From: Phoronis australis
Taxonomy: Eukaryota > Animalia > Phoronida
Direction: 5' to 3'
NCBI GenBank assembly: GCA_002633005.1
Contig: NMRA01000067.1
Coordinates: 244,582-308,581 of the forward strand
DNA: 64,000 bases
The translations under genes were made by a program, and so were the position numbers. This document shows positions 1-12,366 of this stretch, one piece after another (position 1 is the first letter of the stretch; each line of letters begins with the position of its first letter). A model generated the notes under the pieces. That model was given only the letters and a program-made list of their open reading frames with translations, searched no databases and was not told where the DNA came from.

Positions 1-249
1 ATTACTTAGTTCTCTAAAAAAACAGGGACCACTGTATCCGTCAAGTGCCCTGATGGCAGTGTATGGGGCGAACCGGTGTTCCAGCGTATATTGTAAGTTG
101 AAGCTTTACAGTTAGGATAGTGTAAGGTATGTGGGAAAGGTGACACTTATTTGTGACCGCAGATTATCACCCTGATCTGAAGTATGCTCCGATTGCAATC
201 GTCCGGACTGAATATAACGTGAAAACAGCTTATGGTAATGCATTGTTAA

Positions 250-950
250 AGTGTACACAACATGACTCTAGTAGCTCAAAATAAATTTTATTATTATATC
301 TTACTTGATTTCAGTGCCTTTAGTGCACAGCTCATAAAGAAACACGTAAAAATTGAAAAAAAAAATAATTATGTACAACGTCATGGGTTGAACCCAAGTC
401 GTTCAGCACACTGTTCGGATCAGCAACTAAGTGTATAGAGTGAAGTGAAAGTAAAGTATATTTAGCGTCGAGAAGGTTCGTAGAGGGATCAAAAGTTGCG
501 CAGTAGTGGCATCGTTTCAGGATCGTCTGTTGGATGACTGTGTTGACTTGCCGAGCCCGAGGCCGCTTCTCTCGCGGGAGGATCCAGTTCGTAAGGCCTC
601 AAAGTAGAAAAGTACGCAGCTGAAAAAAATATCAAACTCGTTCTCGCTTTCGTGCAACCCCATTTCGTCATCCTGGCCACCATTCTCGTACGTTTCTTCA
701 TAGTATTTATTCATTTCTTGCTCATAATCGTTGTCGCTTTCAAATTCCCTACTCTTCGCCGTTGTTCAATGCTAGTCGCTGATCTCTTGTGCTCAACTCA
801 TGATGTCACATGGCGGGAAATGTGAAAATTGGCAAAATTGAAAGAGAAATCAAAATTTCGAGCCAATGACACAAAATAATCATAGATTTGACGTCATACA
901 TTTAGTCTGTGCCCATCGGTAATTCGAAATGTGCAAAAATCCATGGTGTA
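250..950. mobile_element. Degenerate TTAA-flanked (Kolobok-like) insertion
   Basis: TTAA|AGTGTACAC...GGTGTA|TTAA; absent from the paralogous segment near 28200. Confidence 0.6.
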
Positions 951-1798
951 TTAAGTTTGAATTTCTCCTATTGTGTCGTGTCCTTGCATATCAACGAGAT
1001 GCCCGACGAAGTTGAACGCCACAAAGAATTCATTTTCAAAGGCCACAATGCGAACTGATTTCGTGTCTCGGCGTTTCCTTTGAACTGATGTTACCGTTTC
1101 GCCTCGCCAATTTGACAAAGCGATGTGTTTTCCAAACCCGGGAACAATAAAAAAATTCGCTTGAGCTGGTGATGACTTCTTGGTCCATCAATTTCATTAA
1201 CAAGCTCGCAATGCGTTACGATGAACTCGGACTAAGCTGTCCTACTCACGATCTGTGGACTAGGTGCGCGAGTTTAGCCCGGAGTTTCATGGCGCGGACT
1301 AAAATCGCGAATATCTTGATACGCAAAATCGCGATCACGGTGTGGAAAATTTCATGGTTATCGAACAACAGAAATTCCGTTTCACGGTTCAAGAAAAAGC
1401 TTTTCAACCCCTTACTGTATATTCGATCCTCGCCTGTCAATCACTTTAATGGAGGCCACTTTGATTATACACTACTCCATTAATTTGCTATTTTACAATT
1501 GTTTATGCTACCTTAAACTTTGCCACAAGCTTTGTCAAAGGTTCTCTATACGATATTTGTAAAGTCTCTAGTGTAGAAATTGGATATCAAATGTTGGCTC
1601 GACCAGATCCGCGGTTTTATGAACCTTTCTTAATAGGAATAGTATGAAGTAACGGCTAAGAAAACCTGCTGACTTTGCACAATTGTAATCTGATGTTGTC
1701 TTCAGTAAGGAAAAGTGACACTGATGGCATCGGATGCAAACGATGTAAGCGATGTAGTTTGCAGATCGTCACCCTCCATTGCATCAACTGAATAGGAT

Positions 1799-2050
1799 GC
1801 AACCAAGACACTATAATAGATTTCCATTATTACAACGACAGCACTAGCGTCAACTAAATAACGAGCATGCACGCACGTTGTTAGAGTTTAAAACGACACG
1901 ACGAAGATCGCCAGTCCTGCATTGGATCAAGTGCATAACGGGCAACCACGACACTACAATTTGCTAGGTTTCCGTTATTACAACCACAACGCCAATGACT
2001 ACTAAATAATGGGCACGCACGTTCTTAAAGTAAAAAGGACACGATGAGAC
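1799..2050. repeat. Degenerate tandem duplication, ~143-bp period
   Basis: GCAACCA-GACACTA...TTTCC-TTATTACAAC...ACTAAATAA...GCACGCACGTT occurs twice. Confidence 0.7.
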
Positions 2051-3164
2051 GTGCGTTCTTAATCGTGTATCGTTCCAAGGGCCGGGTAACAACGATTAAG
2101 TGAGCGTCTTGTTCTACTTGATGCTCTGTCATTTTTAGACGATACAGCGAGACTTCTCTTTGCCACGCTTTATCATTTTAAGTTTTTCAACATTAAGAGC
2201 CATTCCACGGGAAAACCAAAGGAAACCAAAAAGTCACTCTAGGGGTCATCATTCAGATTCATTTTAAACTTTGCGTGTGTGATCGTGGTGTGGCACTGAT
2301 ATAAAAATCATCAATTTTGCACCCGTTGACCTCTTAATTTTATACCTATATGCCTTCAAAGGTTCACGAAGAAAATAACACGTTTTTGCAAACCGAAAAC
2401 AGCAGTTTTCCAATATAAAAAACAGGTAGCAGCAAGNGGTTTCCAATATGCTAAAACTGTCACTGATGGGGCAGCACGTTAGAATCATTCGAAAGCATGC
2501 ATGTAAATAACATTTAATTTTTGGCGAAATTTTAAGTAAGGAGAGGGAAGCAAAAATCACGCTAGAGTCCAGAAGGCAAAGAACCTTTCGATATCACTCA
2601 GTCATCCCCAGGGACAATAGCAGACAAAAACACAATATCGTAACAGAATGTTAGATTAATATCGAAACGTAGTTTTCAAACATGTATGTGCTATTGTTTT
2701 CTCGATGGAAATGTTTTGGAAAATTTTCATGAAATTTCACCAAAGAACTATAGCTATAGACACTGCCATCAAGAGGCCTGCAGTAGTGAAAATTTAATCT
2801 AAAAATTGTCGTCGGCTGATTTGACCTCCATGGAAACTTACGAGATACAACTGCATACTTGCCGTTGTCAGACACTGTAAGCTACGAGATGGTATGTCCT
2901 TTTTATCGGCTGTAGCTTGAAAACAAACAAAAAACCCATTTTTATTATTTTTATTTTCTTAGAAATTACCACAACCCCAGAGCACATAAAAATGGCCAAA
3001 AACAAATACACAAAAAGGGTACAGCTAGACTCACGGTTGTCACGCTGTATCATTCTAAGGGTTGCAACGTCAAGCTTGTGTCTCGTTGTACTCGCTATAT
3101 CGCTCTTATACTTGAAAACGATACATTCAAAGAGACTAGCGTTTATCACGCTGTATCGTGTTAA

Positions 3165-3662
3165 AGGAGAATGCCACCCCAAAACAACCTATTTTGCATC
3201 AATTTCGATCGAGTAGTTCCACTCGATAACATCAAGTTCAGTTCTTTTACCTGACAACTGACCGCAACGGTGTTGAAATTAACCAATGACGTCACAGCAG
3301 TTCACAACACGCTTACTGGTGTCAGTTTATCGTTTGAATTAATTGTTTTACACCAATAAATCATCAAAATAGTTCGATGTAAAATCCTTGCAAACATCGA
3401 GTTCCTTAACAAACGTGTTGTATTATTTCGCTATTATGGATTCAGGTATTTGAACGTACCGTAGCCTACTAAGTTCGGTAGGGCAATTTACCAAGGTCGG
3501 TCGCGGGAGTTTGGAGTCTGTTCGGTGATAAATTCGAATTATTCTTCCGTGAAATACATACAGGAGAGCATATCTATGTGTTGTAATTTTAGCCTTATGA
3601 TTTTTTCAGTTCTAAACACACTAAACGCTTGTTATCCCGGCCAGTGGCTTGGAATTCGATCA
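3165..3662 (+). mobile_element. Left-end fragment of the same Kolobok-type family
   Basis: TTAA|AGGAGAATGCCACCCC; colinear with 9663-9895 plus 10930-11190. Confidence 0.75.
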
Positions 3663-4942
3663 GGCTCAAAGGCCTGGGCGACGTCACTCCGTCGGCTTAA
3701 TTTCACCCCCTCCGGCTTCTGTCGCTTATATAATTCATCGGGCCTGTCGCCGCCAAAATTAATGATACCTCATTAAAAATGTTTACTCTTCCTTGAGTGA
3801 ACTAAATTATTTACCCAGGTGTTGGAAAATTGGCGTTCTTCAGTTATTGTGCTGCTAAAATTGCAATGCGCTCTTTGGGGGCCATTGCGTCACCTATCGG
3901 GCCAATTTCCATGTTCTTCAATCAACCATGGAGGTTGCGTACATGTCATAACAATTGGAAGTGGTTTCATTTCGTTACAAGTTTTTACTCTTTTAATACC
4001 AAAAAAAAAAAACAATTTCAGAAAATATGCTAGTGAGATATCGCAAAGTTTTGGAAAATGGCGCGTACGTGCGCGTGTCACGAGATTGCACTGTTTTCAA
4101 AACGACGGCACTAGGATTTTCTTTTGTTACAAAAGGCGGAGAATTACGAAAAATAACGTTTATTAGATTTTGTTTACTTCTATAAACGGCTGTGACGGGC
4201 ACTGTGAATGTCGATTCATTCCCAGATTCTGCATGCACCCATGCAGGTTGTTAGCGTAAAGTTTCACGACGAGGTGAGAAGCTGAGCACCCGGGTTGTGT
4301 GAAATTTCGGTGTCTAACGGAGCTCTACACACAGCTACCTAGCTCGTCTGCGGCTGTATGTTGACGATAGTCTTCATACAGCTATCTGGCTTTCTACCTT
4401 AGTATGTACATTCATGATACAACTTTTGTAAATGCATCCAGGGGCGGATCCAGGATTTTGAGTTGATGGGGCATGGCAAATAGAGTATTAGCCAGAATTT
4501 TGCCCTTCAGACATTCGCACCCCCGAACTGCCAAATGGAAGCTGGGAGAACTTTATGGGGGGAGGGGCGTGGCCCCCTTGGCCACCCTCTGACATCTATA
4601 TACTTTGTGTACTATACAATATTTTAAATGCATTCTTAGTTTTCACTTTAAACTGAAGAATATCTGATTACTGTACTTTGTGTTACGGTAGGGTCAAATG
4701 TTCTGGAAGAAATTTGTACTGCTTAGAGGAAGAATCCCACAGCCGCACACCCTTAATTGCCTACTAAAATCTAACAGGTGACAGAAATTTTGCTTGAAGC
4801 TTTGAACACGGTCTCTTCAAGAAGTATTCCTGTCTCTTGCGATGAATGACTCGATCGGTTCACTCTTAGGTGTAGCTATTTCCCCTCGGCGTTTCCCACT
4901 GCTGAGCTGCTACCCATGCAAAAGCACGGTACCTAACGGCTA
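3662..4942 (+). mobile_element. Second, 5'-truncated copy of the same Helitron, with an insert at ~4212-4680
   Basis: Colinear with 9192-9655 and 12371-12643; degenerate hairpin CCCATGCAAAAGCACGG followed by CGGCTA. Confidence 0.75.
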
Positions 4943-5493
4943 TCTATTATATAAAATGCATCCGTTTGCTCAAACTCCGTCTCCCCCGCTCCACTACAGC
5001 TCTTCGTTGCGCCCGTTTCGGCACCGCCTTGGTCCCAGGTATTGCACCGGCCCCCTGTTTGGATTCGAGGTGTTCTATTTTTTTCTCGCGGGCCGCTTTT
5101 TCGCGGACGCAGAGGGAGGGTGGCCAGTTTCGTACTGGCCTTGGTGACGTCAGTCGGTCGGCTCAACTCGCTGGTTCCCTGGGTGCTTAGCCCAGCCAGC
5201 ACGCAGGTATCACGCAGTGGCACGAGCTTTAGCATTGGTCGATGTATCCTCGGCAATCATTGGTTAGCTTTGCAACACAGTGAAAAAATGTTGGACTGTG
5301 AAAAATTTTTAGCCTCGTCATGCACGTGGCGTCGCAGCAACTATTTCGTTTCTGCAGTGATGTTTAATAGCCGCGTGCTTGAAGCACATACATATACAAT
5401 AATCACATATCTGACCGATTTAACCGGTGTGTCATTCATGTTTTATGAATACAGGACAGTATCGTAAACAAAAGTCATCGTCAGCAGAAAGAT

Positions 5494-8400
5494 TTCACTG
5501 TGATATATATTTATTGAAGGATACACAGAACATACAAAGAAATAATAACAAACCCAGAAACCGCGAAGCATTATATCTGGGTTGTAAACAATTCATAAAT
5601 GAAACTTATATACATAGAGATATATACAATTAAGTAGTATCTAAAATAAGTATTCCAATACTTAGACATGCTATTACAGATATATAAAAACAAAAATATT
5701 TACAGATTCATGTAGGGAAATCAGATGCAACAATATTGATAAACGGTATATAAAAATTTGCTAACGTTGCTTAGGAGGAATTCGTTAAGAACAAAGTCAA
5801 GGTTAGGACTACCATTCAGTAATAATGTAACTCTAGTAGGGATATTATTACAAGAATTGAGAGCGTTAACAACTGATTGGTTATCATTGAGTGCACGAAA
5901 GAGTGAGTCTCTCAGGGATTCGATGAGGGGACATTTGAAGAAAATATGAGGATAAGATTGATGGTCACCACATTTACAGTTTGGAGATACATTACTAAAG
6001 TTGTGCCTGAACTTGTCAGAGTTGAGGAAAAGGCCACATCTTGATCTGTACAATGCTATTTCGTTATCGCGGGTAAGGGAGAATTGAGTCAAGGGTGTTG
6101 AGTTATCAAAATTATGAAAAACAGTTCTAAAATTATTTTTTATACTCGTAAAAGAGTTGCTTTCCTTAACAGAGACTGGAAGAGAATTCCAGTTGTTGAT
6201 GCACATCATGACTGTAGACCTTCTGAATGCCTGACTGAACGACGGAGGAATTGCATATGGGGTGGAGAATCTCAAATCACTACGATGGCCTTGTCTAATA
6301 TATAGATCAAATATTTTTTTGACAGACACGTTGTTGACATTGTTTATTACCTTGAACGTAAATGTGGTCATGTGAAGATTGCGTCGAGTAGACAGTTTGG
6401 GCCACTTGAGATTATTCAAAACCTTAACACTATTGGATCCCCTGTAAGCTCCAGTTATGAGTAAGGCGGCTTGATATTGTAACTTCTCCAAATGTTGGAG
6501 TGCACCCGTATTGGCAGACTGATATATAATATCACAATAATCAATGTGTGGAAGTACAAAGGACTTGAACAAAACTTCTAAATGTGTAGAATTCAGATGA
6601 CGAGAGACAAGCTTAAGTGGGTTAATTAGTTCCTGAGTTTTTTGTACGAGCTCCCGAACGTGAGGGGTGAATGAGAGTTTTTCATCTAACAGTATACCCA
6701 GATGTCTGTGCGACTGTTTTCTAGGAATGATTTCATCATTAAGTTTAAGGTCATAAGACGGGTCAACAAGGAAGAGAGCATTAATAGATTTGGAGAAGGT
6801 AAGGTCAACGCTTTTTTCTGGTTTAAAATTCATTCTCCATTCTTGTGACCAATAGCTTAGTTTATTTAAGTCGTGTTGAAGCTGCAAAGAACATTCAGGG
6901 CTGCTCCCTGCGAAGGGGTAAAAAAGCGCCGTGTCATCTGCATAAAGGTATGTGCTACATGACAGGTTATCAGGAAGGTCATTAATATAAACCAAGAAGA
7001 GAAGAGGGCCCAATACGCTACCCTGCGGTACACCTGCGTTTACAAATCCAGGATGGGATAAAATTGAAAGTACGCCATCGACACGAACACTGTATGTTCT
7101 TTCGGAGAGATATGAGGTGATCATGTTTAAAAGATTACCAGTAATGCCATAGGATCGAAGTTTGTGAAGTAGAAGGTCGTGAGGGACACAGTCGAAAGCA
7201 GAAGCTATATCTAGAAAAATGGACCTGACACTCTCTCCCTTCTCAAAATGTAAATGAATCTCATGTACTATTTCAACAAGTTGTGCCACGGTGCTGTTCC
7301 CACGCAAAAAACCAAATTGACGATGATAGATCAAGTTGTTTTGTTTGAGAAATGTAAGAATACTTTGAGCAATGATCTTCTCAAAGATTTTGGACAGGGT
7401 GTTAAGTAATGTTATTGGGCGATAATTTGAAATTTCAGTTTTGGAGCCTTTTTTGTGTATGGGGACCATAATTCCATGTTTCCAAGAAGACGGATAAATG
7501 CCTAGCTGAAGAAGTTTGTTAAACAGATTGGTCAGGGGCATGGTAATTTCGTTGGCAATCATTTTGATCATCTTGCTGGTTATTAAAGCTGTGCCATCAT
7601 TCTTATTGGGGTCAATTTCATTGAGATACTTCCGGACATCAGTTTGATTAGCCGGGATGTCAGACAGTTGATTGAGACAACGTTCACGAAGAAAGGGAAA
7701 GTTACTTACTTCAGTTGGTGTAATGTGGCTTTTGTTCGTGAAAAATTTGAGAAACAAATCACACTTGTCACTACTACGTGAGGCTAGGTTACCATTATAG
7801 TTGATGACAGGATAGGAGGATTGCTGTTGACTGCCGCGTATTTTATTGATGATGTTCCAGTATTCTTTGGAATTCTTGCTTGCGCTGTTAATTTGTTGAA
7901 AAAGCTTGTGTCGGTGATCAGCTTTGGCTTGATTTACTAAAGTTTCAACCAGACGTGACTGCTCCTTGTATCTGTTGTAGATTATAGTGTTGTTAGATCT
8001 TCTGAAAGAGCTGTAAAGTCTGTTTCTTGTGCGGATTGCCCGTTTAACATTACTGTTGAACCACGGTTTGCTGTTGTGTTTAATTATCTTTTCAGTTGAT
8101 GGGATGTTGTTTTTTAAGATTTCATAGAGAGTACTAGTGAAGAGTGAAACAGTGTCATCAATGTCGCCAGTGTTCAATATGGAATCCCAGTCAGTGTTGG
8201 TGATATCCTGACGCAGTTTATCGGTGTCGACCTGATCATATTTCCAGTTGGTTCGAGTGGTGTGTTGCTCTTTAACCGGTTTTTTAAGTGTTAGAGTGGT
8301 TTCGATAGTGTGGTGATCAGAATTGCCAACAGGAGGTAGTACAGAACATGAGTCAATGATACTCAAATTGTTTGTTATACACAGGTCAATACATGAATGA

Positions 8401-8893
8401 GAAACGTCGGTGATACGGGTTGGCTCATTAATTAGTTGTATGCAGTCATTAGACAATAAAATATCAAACAATTGTAGTCCGGCCGTATTGTCATGATCAT
8501 CATTGTACCATGTAGAGTTTCGGGCATTGAAATCACCATTTATGATTATACTAACGCTATTGCGGTTAAGTTCCGCTAACTGATCCGCTAGGGCTTTGAA
8601 GTAGAGTTTTCTTTCAGTTGGAGATTGAGAAGGTGAGCGATAAAACAACCCATAGTAAATTTTTCTGTGATCGAAATAAATTTCGATCCAGCAGTTGCAT
8701 AACTGAGGACAAGTTAAGCTAGGACATAATTTAAATGAGAGTGTGTTTTTAGTGAATAAAATGATACCACGGCCACTGTTGCTGTGATACGAAACACTGT
8801 AACCAGGAATGATTAGTTCATTATCAAGGTCGTCTTTGGTAACATTACAAGTTTCACAAAGAGCGACAATCATATAATCGTAAGACAGAACAA
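5494..8893 (-). mobile_element. 5'-truncated non-LTR retrotransposon (CR1/L2/Jockey-group LINE)
   Basis: 11-bp TSD AGCAGAAAGAT (5483-5493, 8894-8904); AATAAA plus a short (TA)n near the 3' end; uninterrupted ORF2. Confidence 0.92.
5721..8893 (-). CDS. LINE ORF2: APE endonuclease + reverse transcriptase + C-terminal CCHC motif (N-terminally truncated)
   Basis: ALCET, GDFNA, IDL, SDH (APE); NYRPITLL, FLDIASAFD, GVPQGSVLGPLLF, YADD (RT); CKC...H...C. Confidence 0.93.
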
Positions 8894-9662
8894 AGCAGAA
8901 AGATGCATTCCGAAAAGTCACAATCACAATTTCTAGGCTTCAAATTTCCTGAACCGTTAAGCACCGATTTGTCTGTACAACCTAGGAACTGGTTCCTAGG
9001 TACAACAGACCACATTTAAAGTTCAGTTCATCAGTCATGCCAGTTTGTTTGCGTAAAGCGCTGCCTGTTGAGAATTCGACCAGCCAATCAGAAACGCCGG
9101 TGTAAAAAAAATTACCGAGGAAAATTAAGTGATACCTGCGTGCTGGCGCGGCTACCGCCCCACCTAGCGGCACGCAGGGAACCAGCGAGTCGGCTCAACG
9201 GCCTGAGTGACGTCACTCTATTGGCTTAATTTCACTCCCTCCGGCTTTTGTCGCGTACATAATTCATCGGGCCTGTCGCTGCCCAAATTAATGATGCCTC
9301 ATTAAAAATTGTTTACTCTTCCTTGAGTAAACTAAATTATTTACCCGGGTATTGGAACATTGCCGTTCTTCAGTTATTCTGCTGCTAAAATTGCCATGCG
9401 CTCTTTGGACGCCATTGCGTCACCTATTGGCCAATTTCCATGTTCTTCAATCAACTTCGAGGTTACGTACAGATCATAACAATCGAAAGTGGTTTCATTT
9501 CGTTACAAGTTTTTACTAGTTTAATACCAGAAAACCCAATTTCAGAACAAACTCTTGAGAGACATCGCAAAGTTTTAGGAAATGTCGCGTAGGCTTACGT
9601 GCGCGTGTCACGAGTATGCACCGTTTTCAAAACGACGACAGATTTTCCTTTGTTAACGTTAA

Positions 9663-12366
9663 AGGAGCATGCCACCCAAAAAACAACCTAATTTTTATAA
9701 ATTTAGATCGAGTAGTTCTACTCCATAACGACACGTAGGGTAGCGTTACCTGACACCTGATGGCAGACGGAGGTGTTGAAATTATACAATGACGTCATCG
9801 GTTTCAGCAGTTCTCAACACGGGTTGCTGGTGTCAGCTTGTCGCTTGAAGTCATCGTTTAACGCCAATAAATCATCGAACTTCGATGTAAAACCCTTAAA
9901 GGAGAATGTCACCCGATTTAATTAGTCTTTTTTGCCGTCTTAATCGGTCTATATACACATCGCGTCGCATACGGTCGACCTTACATAGCCAAGAGGTGTC
10001 GCGTTAACCTGTGAGGAAGGTGAGAAACGACGCTAGCGACGTCAGTGGTTCATATGCAGAGGGAATGCCGCTATGTTGCGGTGCATCGTTCCCGCTTGTC
10101 CGAACTAAGCAGATGCGAGGAAAGTGGGTATATCGTTTTTTTACTTCCTCGAGAGTCCGAAATGCTTAGGAAGTGGCTCATGGTAGCGAAGAATGAAATG
10201 TACGCTGTAAATAGCAAGTATGAGGCCGTGAAACATCTCCGTGTCTGTAGCCTGCAGACGTCGACAGTGCCTGACGAACTCGAATGCCGGATTACCAAAT
10301 AACACCATACGTTCCGTTGTCTGAGCTTGTTCACGGCGCCTCTCTAGTATTTCTTCATCACTGTATCCCTGTTCGAATTGACAACCTGCGAAGTCGGGAC
10401 TGATGAGCTCTAGCTCGTCCTAAGTCGGGGTTGCGAGTTGCCATTACTGAGCGTTCTGTTTCAAAATGAATTATTCTCACCCTAACCAATACTTATACAA
10501 AACTCAAACAAAGTCTGTATCTCACGGAAAATACTTCGAAATTATCTCCAAACGGATCCCAAACTCATGCTACGGACCTTATTGGCCTGCCGAACTTTGT
10601 AGGCTACGGTGTGTCCAAATACCAATAAATCCGTAAGAGCGAAATATAACAACACGTTTTTATAAGAAATAGGTGTATTTTTAAGGGTTTTACATCGAAG
10701 TTTGACGATTTATTGTTGTTAAACGATGACTTCAAGCGATAAGTTGACACCAGTAACCCGTGTTGTGAACTCCTGAACAGACTGCGTGTGAAACCGATGA
10801 CGTCATTGGATAATTTCAACACCTCCGTCTGCCGTCAGGTAACGCAACCGTACGTGTCCTTATGGAGTAGAACTACTCGATCTAAATTGATACAAATTAG
10901 GTTGTTTTTTGGGTGGCATGCTCCTTTAAAAATACACCGAGTTTTTATAAAAACGCGTTGTTTTATTTCGCTCTTACGGATTTATTGGTATGTGGACACA
11001 TCGCAGCCTACTAAGTTCGGCAGGCCAATAAGGTCCGTAGCAGGAGTTTGGCCTGTTCGGAGATAATTTCGAAGTATTTTCCGTGAGATACAGACAGGAG
11101 AACCTAGATCTGTGTTGTTTAGACTTGTGATTTTTGGAGTTCTAAACACAGAACGCTTGTTATCCTGGCCAGTGGCTCGGAACCGGATCAGGGCCGTCGC
11201 GGCCGGCCGGATTGACTCGTTATCCCTGCCAGTGGCTCGGAAACTGATCAGACCTCACGAACATAAACCAGCTAAAGTTCAGTAGACTGAACTAAACTTC
11301 CAGTCAAGAAAATACTATACTAGTGAGCCAAAGTAATGTGCACGTGATTATGTTGGTGAATTAGCCAATGACGAAACTGCAAATCTACTTACTCGTCGGG
11401 GGCCGCGAATTCAGGTTCCGCTTTGGCCACAGCACCGTCAGGGCAGAAGTTGTACATTGACAATCATTATTTGAGTAATGTAGATGTAAATAAATATTCC
11501 CCTAACACCTAGCCATGGGATGGAAATCGAGTTGTTTCACAACAGTTTCTGCCAGCAAGCACTAATTAGCATGAGCTCACACAGCCTCGGTGTCCCGTCA
11601 ATTAGTTTTATTGCACCTAAAGCCGGTAACGCAGTGATTTATTCATTGCTGCATGGCTTTTCAAATCCTTTGCACTCACGAACACTCCAAAGGCATTGCA
11701 AATTGCATCTAATGAGACAGGCTTTGTTTCAGTTTTATATAAGTATTGGTTAGGGTGAGAATAATTCATTTTGAAACAGAACGCTCAGTAATAAACGGCA
11801 ACATGGCAACTCGCAATCCCGACTTTGGACGAGCTAGAGATCATCAGTCTCAACTTCGCAAGTGGATCGTTAAATTTTACAGGCTATCAATTCAAACAGG
11901 AATACATTGATGAAGAAATACTAGAGAGGCGCCGTGAACAAGCTCAGACAATGGAACGTATGGAGTTATTTGGTAAGCCGGCATTCGTCAGGCACTGTCG
12001 ACGTCTGCAGGCCACAGACACGGAGATGTTGCACGGCCTCATAATTGCTATTTACAGCGTACATTTCATTCCTCACTACCATGAGCCACTTCCTAAGCAT
12101 TTCGGACTCTCGAGGAAGTAAAAAAAAAAACGATATACCCGCTTTCCTTGCAGCTGCTTAGTTCGGACAAGCGGTAACGATGCACCGCAACATAGCAGCA
12201 TTCACTCTGCATATGAACCAATGACGTCGCTAGCGTCGTTTCTCACCTTCCTCACAGGTTAACGCGACACCCCTTTGCAAGGTAAGGTCGACCGTATGCG
12301 AGGCGATGTGGATCTAGACCGTTTAAGACGGCAAAAAAGACTAATTTAATCGGGTGGCATTTTCCT
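9663..12366 (+). mobile_element. TTAA-specific Kolobok-type non-autonomous DNA transposon (outer copy)
   Basis: TTAA at 9659-9662 and 12367-12370; TIR AGGAGCATGCCACCC / GGGTGGCATTTTCCT; the other Helitron copy shows the empty site near 4155-4170. Confidence 0.8.
9900..10925 (-). mobile_element. Inverted inner copy of the same Kolobok-type element
   Basis: TTAA at 9896-9899 and 10926-10929; same TIRs; reverse complement of both ends of the outer copy. Confidence 0.85.

Larger units (their letters stand above)
5167..9189. mobile_element. MITE with 9-bp TSD (Mutator-like), interrupted by the LINE
   Basis: TIR CTCGCTGGTTCCCTG...CAGGGAACCAGCGAG; TSD TCGGCTCAA at 5158-5166 and 9190-9198. Confidence 0.85.

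Noticed and set aside
1169-3216. Numerous short ORFs here and elsewhere in the track
   Set aside because: No recognisable domains or splice-consistent chains; they fall in repeats or introns.
8894-8927. ORF-track start of the 1068-aa protein
   Set aside because: Lies in the TSD and host MITE; it is not the LINE's real start.
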